The notes under the pieces: generated by a model
Seen by the model: only the letters and a program-made list of their open reading frames with translations
The model's database searches: none
What the model was told of the DNA's origin: nothing
Assembly (NCBI GenBank): GCA_963575745.1
Contig: CAUYUJ010000214.1
Span: forward strand, 310,001 to 374,000
From: Prorocentrum cordatum
Taxonomy: Eukaryota
Length of the DNA: 64,000 bases
Reading direction: 5' to 3'
Part shown: positions 63,434-64,000 of the stretch, piece by piece
How the letters are laid out: each line of letters opens with the position of its first letter
Numbering within the stretch: position 1 is the first letter of the stretch
Position numbers and translations under genes: made by a program

Positions 63434-64000
63434 TTCGTCGCGGTGTTGCAATCGCTGCTCGGCTTGGCCGGAGGAGGGTGTTCAGATCCCCGGCGATGTG
63501 TTTTGTCAACCGTCGGTCGGCCCTCGGGGGCCGTTCTACGCGTCCTCGGATACAATCCAATGTGGGCATCAGGCGACAGACTGGCGGAGATACTGAGTGA
63601 ATCTCGAAATTATGACCTCGTTTTATTGGCAGGCACTCATGTAGGCGACAGATTACGTGGAGCACAGGTTTTGCAGCGTCGGCTTGATGGGCGCATGGTG
63701 TTCGAAGTACCTCACTCTCCTGCTCCTTTTAGCAATCGTAGTTGTGGGGTACTGATCGCCCTTGGTCCTCGCTATGGTGTCAGGGAAGTGCATCAGGTAT
63801 GGGGTAGTCCAGAGGGGGCAGCAGGGAGAGCGATGGCATTGAGATTAAAGCACAGCACCATGGACGTCTGCGCAATTAGCCTGTATTTCCCCCCCAAGCC
63901 AGTCAAGAACAACCAGAAACCTTCCTACTTTGGAACAGTTAAGGTGTTGTGTGAATGGCTGGACAGACTACTGAGTTCTCTCCCTACACGCTGTGTTCCT
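63434..64000 (+). mobile_element. N-terminal APE endonuclease of a LINE; frame runs off the window
   Basis: Stop-free frame LRVLGYNP..YDLVLLAGT..SCGVLIAL..GRAMALRL..ISLYFPP..WLDRLLSSLPTRCVP; absent from the ORF track because it has no stop codon. Confidence 0.8.

Noticed and set aside
62967..63665. Minus-strand ORF with AGDLN as an endonuclease
   Set aside because: The motif is isolated, and the plus strand carries the ordered APE motif series.

Overview
Eukaryotic, GC-rich and saturated with microsatellites. Many short exons joined by GT-, GC- and GA-AG introns with AG|G junctions, plus a spliced-leader-like relic, point to a dinoflagellate nuclear genome (inference; Prorocentrum-like). Most long ORFs in the track are (CCT/GAG/GAT)n artefacts. 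The real content is as follows. (1) An intron-split TPR-like host gene (+, ~4833-18384). (2) A decayed APE-RT-RNase H LINE (~19030-24700). (3) The main finding: a ~16.7 kb segment (31969-48667) bounded by imperfect CCC(A/C)GACCTTC inverted repeats. It carries four co-oriented, intron-rich genes: three unknown proteins and a CACTA/EnSpm (CMC)-like DDE transposase. Its introns and spacers hold at least 16 different near-perfect palindromes. (4) Small non-autonomous elements with the same CCCAGA ends and 2-bp target duplications. (5) A second host gene (+, from 51210) preceded by an SL-like relic. (6) Several MITE and minisatellite families, a 100-N gap, and two further LINE pieces at the right end. 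All gene models were spliced by eye and no database searches were run.
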